Part shown: positions 27,306 through 41,722 of the stretch, piece after piece
Position numbering within the stretch: the first letter of the stretch is position 1
Layout of the letters: each line of letters begins with the position of its first letter
Source of the DNA: Octopus sinensis
Lineage: Eukaryota
DNA length: 64,000 nt
Assembly (NCBI RefSeq): GCF_006345805.1
Contig: NC_043011.1
Coordinates: forward strand, 52,774,464-52,838,463
Reading direction: 5' to 3'
Notes under the pieces: model-generated
What the model saw: only the letters and a program-made list of their open reading frames with translations
Database searches by the model: none
Told to the model about the DNA's origin: nothing
Made by a program: the position numbers and the translations under genes

Positions 27306-28280
27306 ATAAAAATAATAATAATAATAATAATCTCAGTAAAAAGAGGTTAAAAGAACTTCCAAATGAAAAGAACAGGAAATGTACATAGCACACATATGGC
27401 ATACAGACAGAGGAAATATTTCCTGCAAATTATAAGAGTGTTGAGAGTAGTTCAAGTCTGGCACCACATTAAAAGATTGAAGAACCGGCAGATCAATCTC
27501 TGTAAGGAATGTTTACAAGACAGTAATTTCAATCAATGCCTATGTTCAGTGAATTGGATTATGAATATAAATATAAAAAGAAAAGGCTTATAACTAACAG
27601 TCGTGCTCCTTCTTAGAGACAGAAAATGGTTTTGGTACAAAATAAGAGAGTTTGTGAAGATTAACCAAGATGGTTTGGCTAAAAAAGAGAATGAAAAGTT
27701 TAACCAAGATGACATTGTTAAATAAAGAGTATGAACTGTTTAAACAAGATAGGTTTGGTTAAAAAAAAAAAAAAAGAGAATCAAGAGTATATTGTACTAA
27801 AAGAGGACTGCTTTGATAAAGAAAAGTTTGAATGATAATAACATCAACTTCCAGTACTTGACTGTTACTTTTGAACCCAGAACACAAAGACAGACCAAAT
27901 GCTGCAAAGTATTTTCCCCTTGGTGTGCTAACAATTCTGCCAGCTCACCGTCTTAATAATAACAACAACAATAATAATGTGTGTGTTGATAAAATAACCA
28001 AAGCATCAAAGTAACCAAAACAATGCAGTTACCAAGTAACAGAGACAAAAGCAGAAAAGTTGTAAGTAACTATGAATGATATGAAGAATGAAGAAACAAA
28101 GATAAACATTTCGCTGTGTTAGTAAACTAAGACTGTGGTCCTATGTCCTCCTACGGTGGGGCGAGGCTGGTCAAAAGATTAAATCAGTAAATGACCTAGA
28201 AACATGTAAATCACAGAATTTGGAATTGGATAAATTCAGTTTAAGAAACATGCAGATAAAATAATACAATCTATGTTTAC

Positions 28281-28316
28281 CTTTATCTCCTCTGTTTCTT
28301 TATCATCAGATTTTTC
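28281..28316 (-). CDS. Acidic microexon (36 nt, phase 0-0): EKSDDKETEEIK
   Basis: Acceptor tctcttcactaaaacag| and donor AAG|gtaaac. Composition matches the flanking acidic exons. Confidence 0.75.
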
Positions 28317-31300
28317 CTGTTTTAGTGAAGAGACATAATTACAAAGGAATTAGTGGGGGGTATAAACTACAGTATTGGTTGAGCATTGTTTCAGCTATAG
28401 TTCAGGCTACAGTACTCATTCTGTGAAGTTTGGTATATTTCTGGTCTTGGACAGTACTGGCTCCAGTTAATAACTGTAATCTGGGGTGGTCTGAAGTTGT
28501 GCAGACTTGACATGGTAACGTCGGATATGTCAAGTATTACCTGTTTGTCTGCCCACCACTTGTCCATCAATCTACCAATCTAACTATTGATCTATCAGTC
28601 TTTCTATTGTGGAAACTTTGTAGAGTTTTTGCCACTTATCTAAAAACAAAAATTCACCTATTTTTTTAACACACTAGGTTAGGAAAAGGTAGGTTTTGAT
28701 AGATGATCATCATAATTGGTACATTATTAATAATCTGAATCAGTTTGAGAATAAAAGCAGAAACAATATATTTAAATCTATAGTATGAAGGAGTAAAGAT
28801 ATTTTGGACATGATCATTGTTTGATGAAGAATATCACCCAAACAGTCTATGCTTTATATTTCAGCACACTAACATATACAGCTTCTGTTTATATGAATTA
28901 ATAAATCACAGAGGTCTATGTTTCTCTAAGAAGTAAACTGTTGAACAACTTTTTATCTCTGACTCTGGGGTCATCCTCAACTAAACATGCTCAACACTAG
29001 CAACAAGATGAAACAAATACATGAACAAATCAATAAAAACATGTTAGGAGGTGGTAGCACTTTTCTATAGATACAGCACAAAGAATTCTGTAACTCTACA
29101 TTGTTAAATATATTAGAACTAAGATGGCTGTGATCTGGATATTGACTTCAAGATTTTGAGGTCAAAGTGTTTAATACGTTCACTTCTAGCTACATGATCT
29201 TGTAAAAATGAAGAATCAAACAATAAAATCCTGACCATCACCAGGCTGTGAGATGGAAGATCTGCTGGAAAAAACCACAAGAGTTGGAATGTAATATCTT
29301 GACTATCACAAGGTCAAGACATTTAGTCAAGATACATATCTATGATTGTCAGCTTTTGATCATGAAACTTAAGTTAGAAGTAAACTATGTGACAACAGGA
29401 TAAATTTTTTCTCAAAAATTCTGAATGTCAAACTAGGGAGTTCAGCTATCAATGATAGTCATCACAATATACTACTAAGAAAGAACACTTGAAGATGATA
29501 CCAAAAAACACAGATCTAAATAAGAAGCAGAAGTACTTTACAATTTAGGTTAATAAAACTGCACATGCAGTTTATTTCCTCACAACCTTTCTTCTTTTAA
29601 TCTAAATACCCCTGACATTTAGCTGCCATCCACACCATCTAAATTTGCAGCTGAATCGGGATCAATTCAAACTGACACACTGAATCTACCACACTGAGCC
29701 CTATATTTCAGTTTAGAAAGGCATAGAAAGACTATTGATACAGACACTTTTTCAAGAACTTAAATAGTGAAAAAATATCTTATGGGCAGAATTTAAGCTC
29801 TATTTGAGCAGGTGTGTTTGTGCCAATAGCCCAGTAAGTATGAGCTTAAATGTAGCCATAGACAGGATATTATGGCTCCAATGTTTCAGAGTATAACAGA
29901 ACTAACTCTACATAAGTTCAATCTAGATTAAAATTAATCAGTTCTGCTTGATGTATCTCTTAGGCAAATCTTATCACTTTACTTGTCTCATTAAAGCATT
30001 TTCTTCAAGTGGCCACAACTGAGACACATTTCACAATACCATTCCCAGAATCTCTGTTTCCCATTAGCTTCAGTAGATCTTTAATTTCATGTTGTATCTC
30101 TGCCAATAACATCAATGTGATTGAGTGATCTCCATTATCAATTAAGATGTAGAAGTATCCCAAATAATAACATCTAATATGACTGGGTGTTCAGCATGAT
30201 AGCAGTGGCCAGCAAAGCCTAACCAGCATTAAACATCTATGGCAGAAATGGTGGAATCTCATTTTTGGTCTTATGCTCATGTTATAAGATATCTTGGGTC
30301 CTTGAGCAAAACTAGGTGTTTATACAAGAAAGGTAGTCTTTCTGTAGATATTAGATATTAAGTATCACTAACACTGTAAATTAAGTAGAAGAAAAGTACC
30401 ACCAGCTCCAACAATACAAATATTACATATAAATTTGAAGATCTGTTTAACCATTAAAACAACAGACGTAAGAAGATACAAAGGCCATCTGTAAAATAAA
30501 GATATTATAATGGAAGACAGCAATAGCAATGAGAGGAGGAGGAGGAGAAAACAAGAGAGACTGAATCAGAAAGATTCTGAGAGAAAGAGACAGAGAATAA
30601 GGGAGAAAAATATGGAGAGAATGAGTGGGAAAGAAACAAAAAGAATGTAAGAGTCAGAAAGAATTTGATAAAAAATACAGTGAGAGAGAGAGAGAGAGAG
30701 ATGGAGAAAATGTGAGAGAAAGAAAAGATACTGAAATAGAAGGAAGAGAATAGGAAAAATGTGGTCAAAAGAAAGAATAAAGAATGAGCCAGAAAGATAG
30801 ACAGAAACAGAGAGGGAAACAATCAATGAAAAAGAAAGAAAAGGGGAAGTGGAGAAGGAGAGTGGGAGTATACAGAAGACAAAAGTGGTTATGACAGATG
30901 ACACAACAAGCCAACACATGTTTAGTAAAGAGGATGAGACTACAGTCAAGTCTACCTTGCTGAGGTTATAGATTATCTTCATATAGACAAGCTATGAAGG
31001 ATTAGTTCACCTTACTGGGATACATGCCCATACACCTTTTAGCATCTCTAAACACAATAGGGGTCTGTCATAAGCAAAAATGGCAGAAAAGTCTTTATTA
31101 AACAGGACACATCACTGTTCATTTGAGGTACAGCAAAGGAAAAGAGTTACTAGAGAAGTCATTTCTCAGAACACTTGTCAGAGTATTCAATAGATTATAT
31201 TACATTTAAACTAAAATGATTATGCAATGACAAATGACTGCCAGCTAGTTTAGTTTAGTCTGTACTAATTTCTGTGTTCTGTACACCAGAGCTTCAGCTA

Positions 31301-32589
31301 CACAGGAAGATAGATATAACTGAGGAATTGGAAAGATGGCATGACTTTACAGAAGCATTCATCATCTAAAGAACAAAATCTATAATTGCATCTTGCAACT
31401 GACTAATACCATAGAATTTGTTTACAGTTGTAGTGAAAACTATGGTCACAGTTGTAGAAAAGAGGTGATACAGAGGTTTTTACCCTATCTTAGTAGTAGA
31501 GAGAATAGGAGATTCCTTTGTCTAGTAGTAGCGAGATGAGTTACCCTCACTTAATGGTAAAAAGAATATCAGTTCTTGCATAGTGAAAGAGGATTTCACC
31601 ATAAACAGTAGCAGAGAGGAAGAGTTTTCTGCTTGCATAATAGTGAAAAGGAAATTATTTCTCCTTGCCCATTGGTAGCAAGCAACCTTCCTATTCAGCT
31701 ACAGCGAGCAGATGAGGTCACAATTCTTCAGCAATGAAGAACAGATGATGTCACTCTTCTCTAATAACAAGCAGCCAGCTAACAATCTTTGTATAACTGC
31801 TCCACTGCAATTCCATTCCAACAACTGAACTACACAAATATAGGGAGTGGTGTAGAGTGTGGTCTTAGACCAGATCAGAACAAAGCATGGTATACCTGAT
31901 ATGCTGGATATACAAGCCATTGACTTGTGTTTAATTAGCCCAATCAGAACTAACGAGCTATCTGTGGCTTCTCAACAACAAATCCCTTCTGTAACACTGC
32001 CGCAATTTAGATCAAGGTTGAAGAAATTGACAGCAAGCATTTACAAGGTTTTAAACCTCTCAGGCACCATGCCATTTCCTCTTTGCAGTTTAATGAGAGA
32101 GAGAGAGAATGTGTGTAAACTTTTGATGATAGAATGTAAATTCTTATGCAAATAATATCAATTTCTTTGCAAATTACAATATTATATAAGGTAATTATTT
32201 CTTAGGGTTCCCAGTCTGACCCCTTCATCTCTTCTGTTTATTTAATATAGGCCCTAATGCTTAAAGTACAAATAAAAACAGATAACCAACATTAGTTATA
32301 TACATCTTTAAGAATCTGATAATATTCTTCAATAAACCTTCGATAGTCTAAAGTCATGACATAGGTATTCTATCCAACTGGTTAAGAGCTAGATTTGCTA
32401 TAGTTATGAATGAGAGGTTTAGAGTTCAAATCTTGCTAACAAACTTAGTTTTGTAAGGGAATTAGTTTTAATTTCACTAGGGAGACAGAGAATTCAGGGG
32501 AGTTTAATTTATTACACTTTAAAACAACATGGAATAATCAATATTTCTAGTAATTATGAGGGGAAAAGATTGAGTATAACTAATCTACA

Positions 32590-32932
32590 GCCACCACAGG
32601 ATCCAGTCCTTATTGCAGTGTGATGGCTTGCATGCCTCAATGACCCTGAAAGCTATATTGGTGGAGTGCAAGTTTCAACATAGTAGAGCCTCCCATGCTG
32701 GATACATCAAAGGGATAGAGGCTAGAGTAATATGAACCACCTTTTCCCAGAGGTAAAAAATGAGTTTGAATAGGGCAATACCCCCTACCTATAAAAAAGC
32801 GAAGTTATAGAAGCATTGATGACGATTCAAAAGCAACAAGACCAGGGAGAGGGAAGACAGCCCAGAGCTGAGATCAGTAGGGGTAAGTTGTTGTATGGCC
32901 TAAGCTCCATAGGGAGCGAAGGGGTTAAGTAA
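32590..32932 (+). mobile_element. Probable internally deleted RTE-like non-autonomous retroelement
   Basis: gaccctgaaagctat... 5' segment and tatggcctaagctccatagggagcgaaggggttaagtaa 3' segment resemble RTE termini. Recognition from memory only. Confidence 0.4.
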
Positions 32933-33399
32933 ATAATTCTACAGGGAGAATTTCGAAAACTACCACAGGGACAAACAGTGAATGAAATCATATAAATCTT
33001 TATCTTGGCTCTATGCAGGATGACATGCCTCAAAACCCCTCTACATTATTATACTACTAGTAGTTATTACATGCACATTGTACCGAGAAAAGATTTAAAA
33101 AAAAGATTAGTGTATGCATACAGACACTCACACAAACACTAACTTCCATTAAAAAAATGTGAAAATGCTAAACACTGTTTAAAAGCATGACAAGCTCAGC
33201 TTTAAACCTTTTATCCCATAGCATAACAATTATGGGCTGAAGCTCCCATGTAATATAATAAATCAATGTAAAGGACAAAAATTATGCCAGTAGTAGGCAG
33301 TTCAGTGTTCCCCATGTACCTCTACATATGCTCACCATGTACTTTTAGCAGGTCAGCAGGTGTCAACACAGTAAAAGCACATTCCAACAAATCTTTATA

Positions 33400-34500
33400 T
33401 CATTGCCATCTTTATGAGGCAGCAATGTTGAGATTAAGTTCAGAAGAGTGTTGTCAAACTCTTGATCATTCAGAGACTGGTGTTGTTGCCGGACAGGTTG
33501 TAAATGCCTTCAATTTATATATTTCTGCCTATTACCAGTTGCAGTCTAATATCAAGAATACTGGGACAACAACTGACTGCCTATGATTAAAAACTTGAGT
33601 CATGCAATGAAGCAAGACAGCCATATAGTGAGACAATACATGCAGGACAGATTTCAGACGGTGACAGATAGGATTCTAGAGCCACACCATCAGCATGTCG
33701 TCCTTACAGTCTGACATCAACTCCATGAGAACAGATAGGCAAGCTGGCATGAAAAGGTATCTTCAGTGAAGTGTAGTTCTAAGTGAAAGACATCAGCAGG
33801 ATATAACATAGTGGGAACAAACCAGAAAAAAAAAACTGGTGTAGGTAGTAGTGGGAACATGTCCTAACCTCAGATGAGAGCATTCTATCTATTGATAGGA
33901 CTAACTGTTTTAATAGAACATTTAGGAGTAAAGCAGTTTAATAATGATGCCTGTCTAGGAGACATAAAGCCCAAAAAGGAGGCCAAGTGTTATGTCTGGG
34001 GGCAGGAATTGATTAAATTGAGAACAATTGTCCTGGTCATGGAATAAATGCTAATCACTATATCATCCAACTGATGGGATCCCCTAGTCCACATTTTCTT
34101 TTACTTGGCATACAGATTTCAGTTGAATTTTCAATAGAATAATATAAAAATGCAGATCACCAAAGCTACCCAACAGTTTCAACAGCAGAAAAAAAGCTGA
34201 CATGATGTGGGAAGATGCTGGAATCTCCATCGACCCTGACCGACCATAGCTTTACAACTTTAACATGCTAACAAGGAGGTGTGGCCAATAACCCCAGGGC
34301 CAGAATCAATCACCAGATTTTTATCCATGTGCTGAAGATGTTGGACTGTACAGCACAAATGGTGGTTACACTAATTACTGATTTTTGCCAAATATCCAGT
34401 CAAGTGACAGGAAAGGCTAAAAACAGTTAGTTACTCCTTCATGGCATTCAATGAAATCAGTTGTCTGATTGTTGTTGATAGTTTCATGAAATAAACATAC
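33400..34500 (+). pseudogene. Highly decayed Gypsy/Ty3 pol relic (RT and integrase fragments)
   Basis: Fragments in pol order: FNLYISAYYQLQ (~FSKLDLSHAYQQL), FQTVTDRIL (~FQRxMDxIL), AKCYVWG (~ARSYVWW) and CLIVVDSFMK (~FLIVVDAFSKW). Many stops and frameshifts. Confidence 0.55.
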
Positions 34501-34929
34501 CTGAGATGCAACTCACTATTTTCACTTTTTTTTTTGCATTTTTACAGATGTCAATTCACACGTGCACGCACACAAACACACATTTATGCAGTAAGCATAA
34601 CTAGTATACGTAGTTATATTAATAAAAGCCACAAGGAATATGAAAACTCCAAAGCAAGAACGAATCTATTTTTAAGGGATTGGTAAATAGCGAAAATGAA
34701 TCTGTTTGAAAATATATTTGGAAACCAATTTAAAAACCGAGTTAGTTATAAAACTGATTAAAAGAGAGAAGAGGAAAATGAAGACTGCAGAGGAATATTT
34801 TTGTAGCAAGTTAGGAACTACTTCAAGCTCATGGTAAAAAAGAAAAGAAAAGAAGACAGAACAGAAACAAGGTTTAAAGCAAAACAGAGAAGTTCTGAAG
34901 ATAACTAGCAGAAAAAGAATGTAGCATTA

Positions 34930-35229
34930 TATACATATATACACATACATATATATACACACATATATAATACATACATATATATACACACACACATATA
35001 TACACACACACATATATATACACACACACATATATATACACACACACATATATATACCACACACATATATATACACACACACTATATATACACACACACA
35101 TATATATATATATATACACACACACATATATATACACACACACATATTATATATATATACACACACATATATAATATATATATACACAATATATATATAT
35201 ATATATACACAATATATATATATATATAT

Positions 35230-35262
<33 letters not shown>

Positions 35263-35266
35263 CCAC

Positions 35267-35299
<33 letters not shown>

Positions 35300-35462
35300 T
35301 ATATATATATATATACACACATAATATATATATATATACACACACACACATATATATATATAATACACACATATATATATATATATATACACACATATAT
35401 ATATATATATATACACATATATATATATATATATATACACATATATATATATATATATACAC

Positions 35463-35495
<33 letters not shown>

Positions 35496-35660
35496 TATAT
35501 ATATATAACATATATATATACATATACACACACATATATATATATACATATATACATATATATACACATATACATATATATACACATATATACACATATA
35601 TACATACATATATATCATATATATATATACACTTAAATATATACATATACACACACACAC
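34930..35660. repeat. Long compound (TA)/(CA) microsatellite
   Basis: Directly visible; source of several artefactual Y/I/C/V ORFs. Confidence 0.95.
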
Positions 35661-35932
35661 AATTTGTTAGAAAAAAAATTAACTTTGCAATTTGTTTCCA
35701 AATAACATCTGAAACTTCTTTTTCCCTTAATATTTTCTTTCTTTTGCAAAGTATTCCAAATTACTGCATGCATATCTTTGCAAAGCATCCCAAATTTTTT
35801 AGAATATAATTTTTGTGAGTGGTAAGTAAAGTCAGAATAAGAGGCGGCAAACAGCATTCGTTATCGTTAATAATTTGTTGGCATTCCTTTTTTTTTTTTT
35901 TCTTTTTTTTTTTCAAAAAACAATTTCTTCAC

Positions 35933-36154
35933 CTCAGTAGCATCTTTTTTCTCTTCAGCAGCCTCATCACTTGCTTCAGTCTTTTCTGCCTCCTCTTTTT
36001 CTCCCTCAGATTCCTTAGCTTCTGCTACAGAGCCATCCTCTTTGTTGTCTTTTTCTTGTCCTTCATCCTGTTTCTCAGACTCACCATCTTTTGTAAAGCC
36101 AGTGAGCAAGTCATCATCAACAATTTTTTGTTTCATTTGATCTTGGAATTCCTT
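35933..36154 (-). CDS. Acidic coding exon (222 nt, phase 0-0): KEFQDQMKQKIVDDDLLTGFTKDGESEKQDEGQEK...DATE
   Basis: Acceptor catttctttattctag| and donor GAG|gtgaag, plus an internal phase-1 donor G|gtgagt at 36084. Overlaps ORF 35867..36136. Confidence 0.8.
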
Positions 36155-36239
36155 CTAGAATAAAGAAATGATGGGAGGCTGAATACAAAGGGCAGCATGA
36201 AGAGTAATGGGAGTGGAGAAAATTGTTAAACCCAATGAT

Positions 36240-36646
36240 TACGCATATGCATGTGTGCGTATACATGTACACACATATACATATGTATATACACTTATAT
36301 ACACACACACACATATATATATATACCCTCATATACACACACATATATATATATACACATATATACACACACACACATATATATATACCCTCATATACAC
36401 ACATATATATATACACATATATACACTCATATACACACATATATATACACACATACATGCATATATATATATACATACACACATGCATATATATATATAT
36501 ACATACATACACACATATATATATACACATGCATATATATACATATATATATACATACATGCATATATATACATACATACACACATGCATATATATATAC
36601 ATACATACACACACGCATACATATACATACATACATACACACACAC

Positions 36647-36682
<36 letters not shown>

Positions 36683-36712
36683 GATAAATATGTGTGTGTG
36701 TGTGTGTGTGTG
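36240..36712. repeat. Long compound (TA)/(CA) microsatellite
   Basis: Directly visible. Confidence 0.95.
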
Positions 36713-36779
36713 TCAGGTGGTAAAGTTGGTTTTAATGCATTTCTTATAATATATTTATAGTGTCTACTATTTTTTAGCT

Positions 36780-37560
36780 TTTAAACATGGCAATGTCAAT
36801 TCTGGCTTATGTTCCAAACTATGTTCCACATGTTTTAACAGTTCTTGGAAACTGTATTCCCATTCCTTTTGGGTATGTTTGCTAACTTATGAAATTTGAG
36901 GAAGTCATTCCTTTTAGTTATTACCATCTTTCTGTATTTTATTGATTTATGTGTTTGTAACTTAATTTTTTTTGCAATTCATATGTTTAATAACTTCTGT
37001 TTGCAACATTCAGTTTGTCTTTATGTTTTATATTTTTTATGTCAGTAGTTCTTTCGGCAACAAAGTCCCGTTTTGATTTATCTTCTTTTATTTTCTATGT
37101 TTTATTCAATTCCTTCCTTTGATACTAGCAGCTGTGTAACAATTTGTGTTGGAGACTTGGTGTTTGCATTTGTTTTCTGCTTTGTAACTATAGGCAGGTG
37201 TTGACAATGAACACACTGAGCTTATGTTTGGCCCCTTGCTTCTTGTCTACGATTCCCAAGCAGTGTTTATATTTTTGATGCTGTTGACATTGCCAGGCTG
37301 AATGGAGCTACCTAGGTGTTGAAACAATAATGATATTTGCTAGGCAGATGAAGATGGGATATATGTTTGATGTTTTTGTTTAGCTGCATATCTTTTTTTT
37401 TCATGTGTTGAACCCTTTGTATTTTGTATTAACATTCTGTCAGAGCTGTCCTCCATTGAGATTCTAGTTCTAATAATGTCTAGACTTGCTCGATATAGGT
37501 TTTAGTTGATGGTGGTTTTGTCACACATACGAGCTAAAACTGGTTATATATTTCTTATTT
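36780..37560 (-). pseudogene. Possible decayed Penelope-like element (GIY-YIG region)
   Basis: Minus-strand fragments IYNQF*LVCV...KTYIEQV*TLL (~YxIxCxxC..KTYIGQT.RTL) and KLANIPKRNGNTV. Heavily degraded, and the fragment order is not as expected. Confidence 0.3.
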
Positions 37561-38467
37561 TATTTGTATGCATCAGGCCTACTTTTGAAGGATATAGTAA
37601 AAATAAACGTTTTGCAAATTATTCAACCTTACGTAAAATATAACTATAAAAAAATAATTATCAATATAAAACATAAAAATGTTTTCTTAGATTTCATAAT
37701 CGTAGAAATCTAGAGAGAATATAATCGTGTGTGTATGTGAGTGTGTGTGTGTGAGAGAGAGAGACTGGTTCTACTATGTCTTCATAACAAGACACTAAAT
37801 CTCATTCCCATTTATTCAAATTAAAAGGCAAAATGTCAATTATAGATTAAAAAAAAAAATTTTAAATAAAATAAAAACTTAAAGTATAAACACCAATAAA
37901 ACAATATTATCGAGAAAAATTATTTACCAAATTGCAGTAAAAAAAAAACAACAGATAACAAAAATATGTAACACTAAAAATAAAAACAAATTTTTCCAGA
38001 CAGTTTTAATAAATGAAATAAAGTATCACCATGCAAATAAAATAAACAATAACAACATTTTGCAATAACAAGTGATGTTGCACATTCAAAAGAGAACCCA
38101 AACAATAAAATACCATTTAACAAAAGAACTAACTTGAAAAGCAAAATGGAACTACACAGTATATGAACTGACTCTACAATTTGATCAAAGGATTTAATTT
38201 TTTATTATTATTTATTCAGTAATTTTTTTTTTTTTTTTTTTCTGGTGAAGGTTATATGAGTGTAACATGATTTGGTTCTTAGTTGTATTTAGTAGAGTTT
38301 ACTACTATGTTGCATGTATTCAAACTTGACCTCATGCAACCCCAAAGTTCCCCCTTCCTTGCATATATCTTTTTTTTTTTTTTTAGCTACAGATGGTCTG
38401 ATTGGGAATCAACAACATCAATCAATCTCATCCAGTCGAGAGAGAGAGAAACAGAGAGAGAGGGAGG

Positions 38468-38499
<32 letters not shown>

Positions 38500-38552
38500 G
38501 GTGGTACATTGCCTTCTCTTGTACCCTAGCTTATTTAAAAATTTCAGAAATA

Positions 38553-39840
38553 TTAACCCTTTTAACATTTGAACTAGACATTCTGACCCGAATATTCTAC
38601 CCGTCTTAAGTTCAAATCAGCCAGATATGGCTTCTCATACTTATCCTTCACTGTCATTCTAAAAGTAAACAATTACATCATTTGAAATCTGGAAGCTACA
38701 AGATAATACATGATTAATTCAAAACAATGTGAATAAATGAACATAACATTTGATAAAGTAATCTGAATGCCGAAGGGATAAGGTACAAACTTCAGTTGCA
38801 TTACAGCTAATTATAAACCAACAAATATGGGTTATAATCATAATTATGATTTCTATGTTCGGCACAAGACCAAAATTTTATCAGTAGGGGTGTGTAGCCA
38901 ATTGAATTGGCCAGTGTAATCAACAGTAATCAAGTTGATTAGTATGTCTTTTATTGATATGTTTAACCCTTCTGAGACAGTGTGTAACCAAAAAAGACCC
39001 AAGTTTTTTTTTTCTATTGAGATTGAAATTGATGGGTGCTTGTAGAAAACAAAGGATAAAGTGCTTAAAGCTACTTTATTAGTATATAAAACTATATATA
39101 TTATATAGTATAGTATTATATAGTTTTAGATTATATCTACTGAAATATGATCCCTGACAGGCTACTTCACTTCAAAACGTTTGTTTCACTGGGCTGATGG
39201 ATCAGTCTCAAAGTCCTTTCACCTTGTATCACTTGGACCGATCAATCAGCCCAGGTGTTGCAAAAGGGTTAAGAATGAAAGGTGTAGTCAATCCACAGCA
39301 GGGTTGGAACTCAGAATGTAAAAGAATGTGACAAAATAATATAAGTTAGGTTGTCTGCCACTCTAACAATTCTGACAGTCCGCCACCATTTTAGCTTTAG
39401 CCCCTTTTGATACCGTATTTCTGTCAACATATGCTGCTTTTGTTTTAATAAACTCTGAAGATAATGAAGAATTTATTAAAATATCTTTTTCATTATTGAG
39501 CTGGAGTCTGGAACAAATTCACATAAAATTTTGATGGAAGATTATAATTCAGACCACTTTTGAAACCTATGATGTTTTAGGTATGTGTAATCAAAAAGAC
39601 CAGCATTTTTTTTCTATTGAGATACATCTACTGAAAGATGATCTCTGATTAGCTATTACCCCTCAAAACCAAGCAGTCACAAGATTTGTATCATCAGGCT
39701 GATGAATTGGCCTCAAAGTCCTTTCAGCTCGTGTCACTTGGGCCGGTCAATTGGCCTGAGTGTCCCAAGAGGGTTAAAAGAGTAAGTTTATGTCAGAGAA
39801 CCTGGGGCACTCTCAGGTAGGTTTGTATCAAAAGGGTTAA
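38553..39840. mobile_element. Cluster of piggyBac-type MITEs: 38557-38777, 38967-39268, 39401-39836 with a nested copy at ~39566-39773
   Basis: TTAA-CCCTT...AAGGG-TTAA termini (TTAA TSD plus CCC/GGG ends are piggyBac hallmarks). The nested copy is homologous to 38967-39268. Confidence 0.7.
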
Positions 39841-41684
39841 AATAATAATAAAGTTGTTATTACTAAGTGTTTGGTCCCTTCACTGCTATAGGATTGAATA
39901 CATGAAATCTAATAAGACCACTTATTTGTCGTTTTCATAACAGTGCACCAAGCATGGCTACAATCCACTAAAAAATGAGAAAGTGTGTGTGTGTGTGTAT
40001 AAAACAGAATGGGAGGAAAGGAAGGTATGATAGGGCACTGGGGTTTGTACAAGATTTGCAGTGCAACTTGGAGATAATGATTAAAGATGAGGTAGTTTGC
40101 TGTTGTTTATCTTTGCTTAGCCCAGGTCAGCCTTGATCAAGCAGACATAATGAAAGACTAGTTAAAGGGTTGGTATCTTGGAATCCAAAAACTGTGTGGG
40201 TGAGATGGGGGGGGGACAGAAGGAAGTGACATGCTGAGTGACAGGAGTGAGAGCAACTCAGTGTGAGTGACAGGAGGAGGTGAAACATGATGTGGATGAC
40301 CGACAGATGTGAGACAGTGTGGGCGTCTTGTTCAGAGATATAGAAGACACTGTAGCCAATGCAGAGGTAGAGGGATGGCTAAAGGCTAGAAGTAAAACAT
40401 AATGGATGTAATTATTATTCCAACAAATAATCAAAACTGCATTGTGGTCTCAGAATACTTGGAACTTATCATCTAATCATTACTATTAAAACAGTTTCTA
40501 TGTGGTCACATAGTATGCTAGAAATAGCAGCTAAATTCTCATTAAGCCATACCATCTTAAACATGAAAGGACACAATGGATAGTTAAGTCCTGAGGCCAT
40601 CATCTGAAAATGATAGTGGATAGTCATGGAGGGAATGCTTTGATCATAAATCTGCTTGGTTAGAACTCAGTTGGAGCTAAATAACAGCATAATATCAATG
40701 TTACCATAATAAAATGGTTTGGGTAAATCTGAAATACAGCATTTTACCATTTATTTTGGGCCTGCGGCATCATTTCCCTAGATGGAAAGACAATTTTGTA
40801 TACAGATAATTAAATCAAGCTAGGTAATCCTCAGAGTAAAAATCAAACAGGATTTGATCTGAGAAAGTTGATAATCTGAATTGTATGCTAGAAAAGCAAC
40901 TAATTTTGTCCTCTTCTCAGTTGTAATTTCATTAAGAGCCAATCATAACTACACTAAATGACACTTGATTCAGGAACCAAGGTGATCAGAAGCTTAAACA
41001 TTGCCAAAATATTGCGTCCCAAACCTAATATATGAACTATTTGAAGAGAAGAATTTGAATGGTTAAGGTATGAGTTTTCTAATCTAAAGGTTATGAGTTC
41101 AAATGTTACTGGAAATGTACTGAATAATTACTCTAAGTGTATATATAACATGCACATGTGTTTATATACTATCCATTCAGTGATCATGTATTTTAAGGAG
41201 GTGAAATGTGTGTGTATAGCATGCACAGAGCCTGACATATTGTGGGGAGATAAACAGTACATGCTGAGCTTTAAGTATGTGTGTGCTTAACAAACGCTAA
41301 TGTATATAAAATGTATACTAGTAGATTTTTAAAACCCATTTGTTGGACATAAAAATATAGGTTGTGAAACAGTGTAAACAAAATATTGTAAGGTAAACAT
41401 GAACATTATATACATATACATATATATATATATATTATATATATATATATTATATATATATATATATATATAAAATAAATATAAGAGAGTGGTCACTATA
41501 TGGCTCACTCTAGCACCAGTTAATCCAAAAGGTTTCAACCACAAAATTATATTTATTTTGTAAAAATATTATAATATATTATAAAATATTATAATAATCC
41601 AGGTTTCTCGGAGCACTAGGCCACTTGGTGTAGAATGGATATACTATTAAATTAGTATCTAATTCTCTCACCCTTATTAATTAA

Positions 41685-41722
<38 letters not shown>

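Noticed and set aside
30505-30982. Hydrophobic Phe/Leu/Ser-rich minus-strand ORFs resembling membrane proteins
   Set aside because: Reverse complement of a low-complexity GA-rich tract.
34874-36760. Many ORFs rich in Y/I/C/V/H/T (also at 2.9-3.3, 18.3-18.6, 53.1, 56.3 and 58 kb)
   Set aside because: They are translations of (TA)n/(CA)n microsatellites, which lack stops in some frames.
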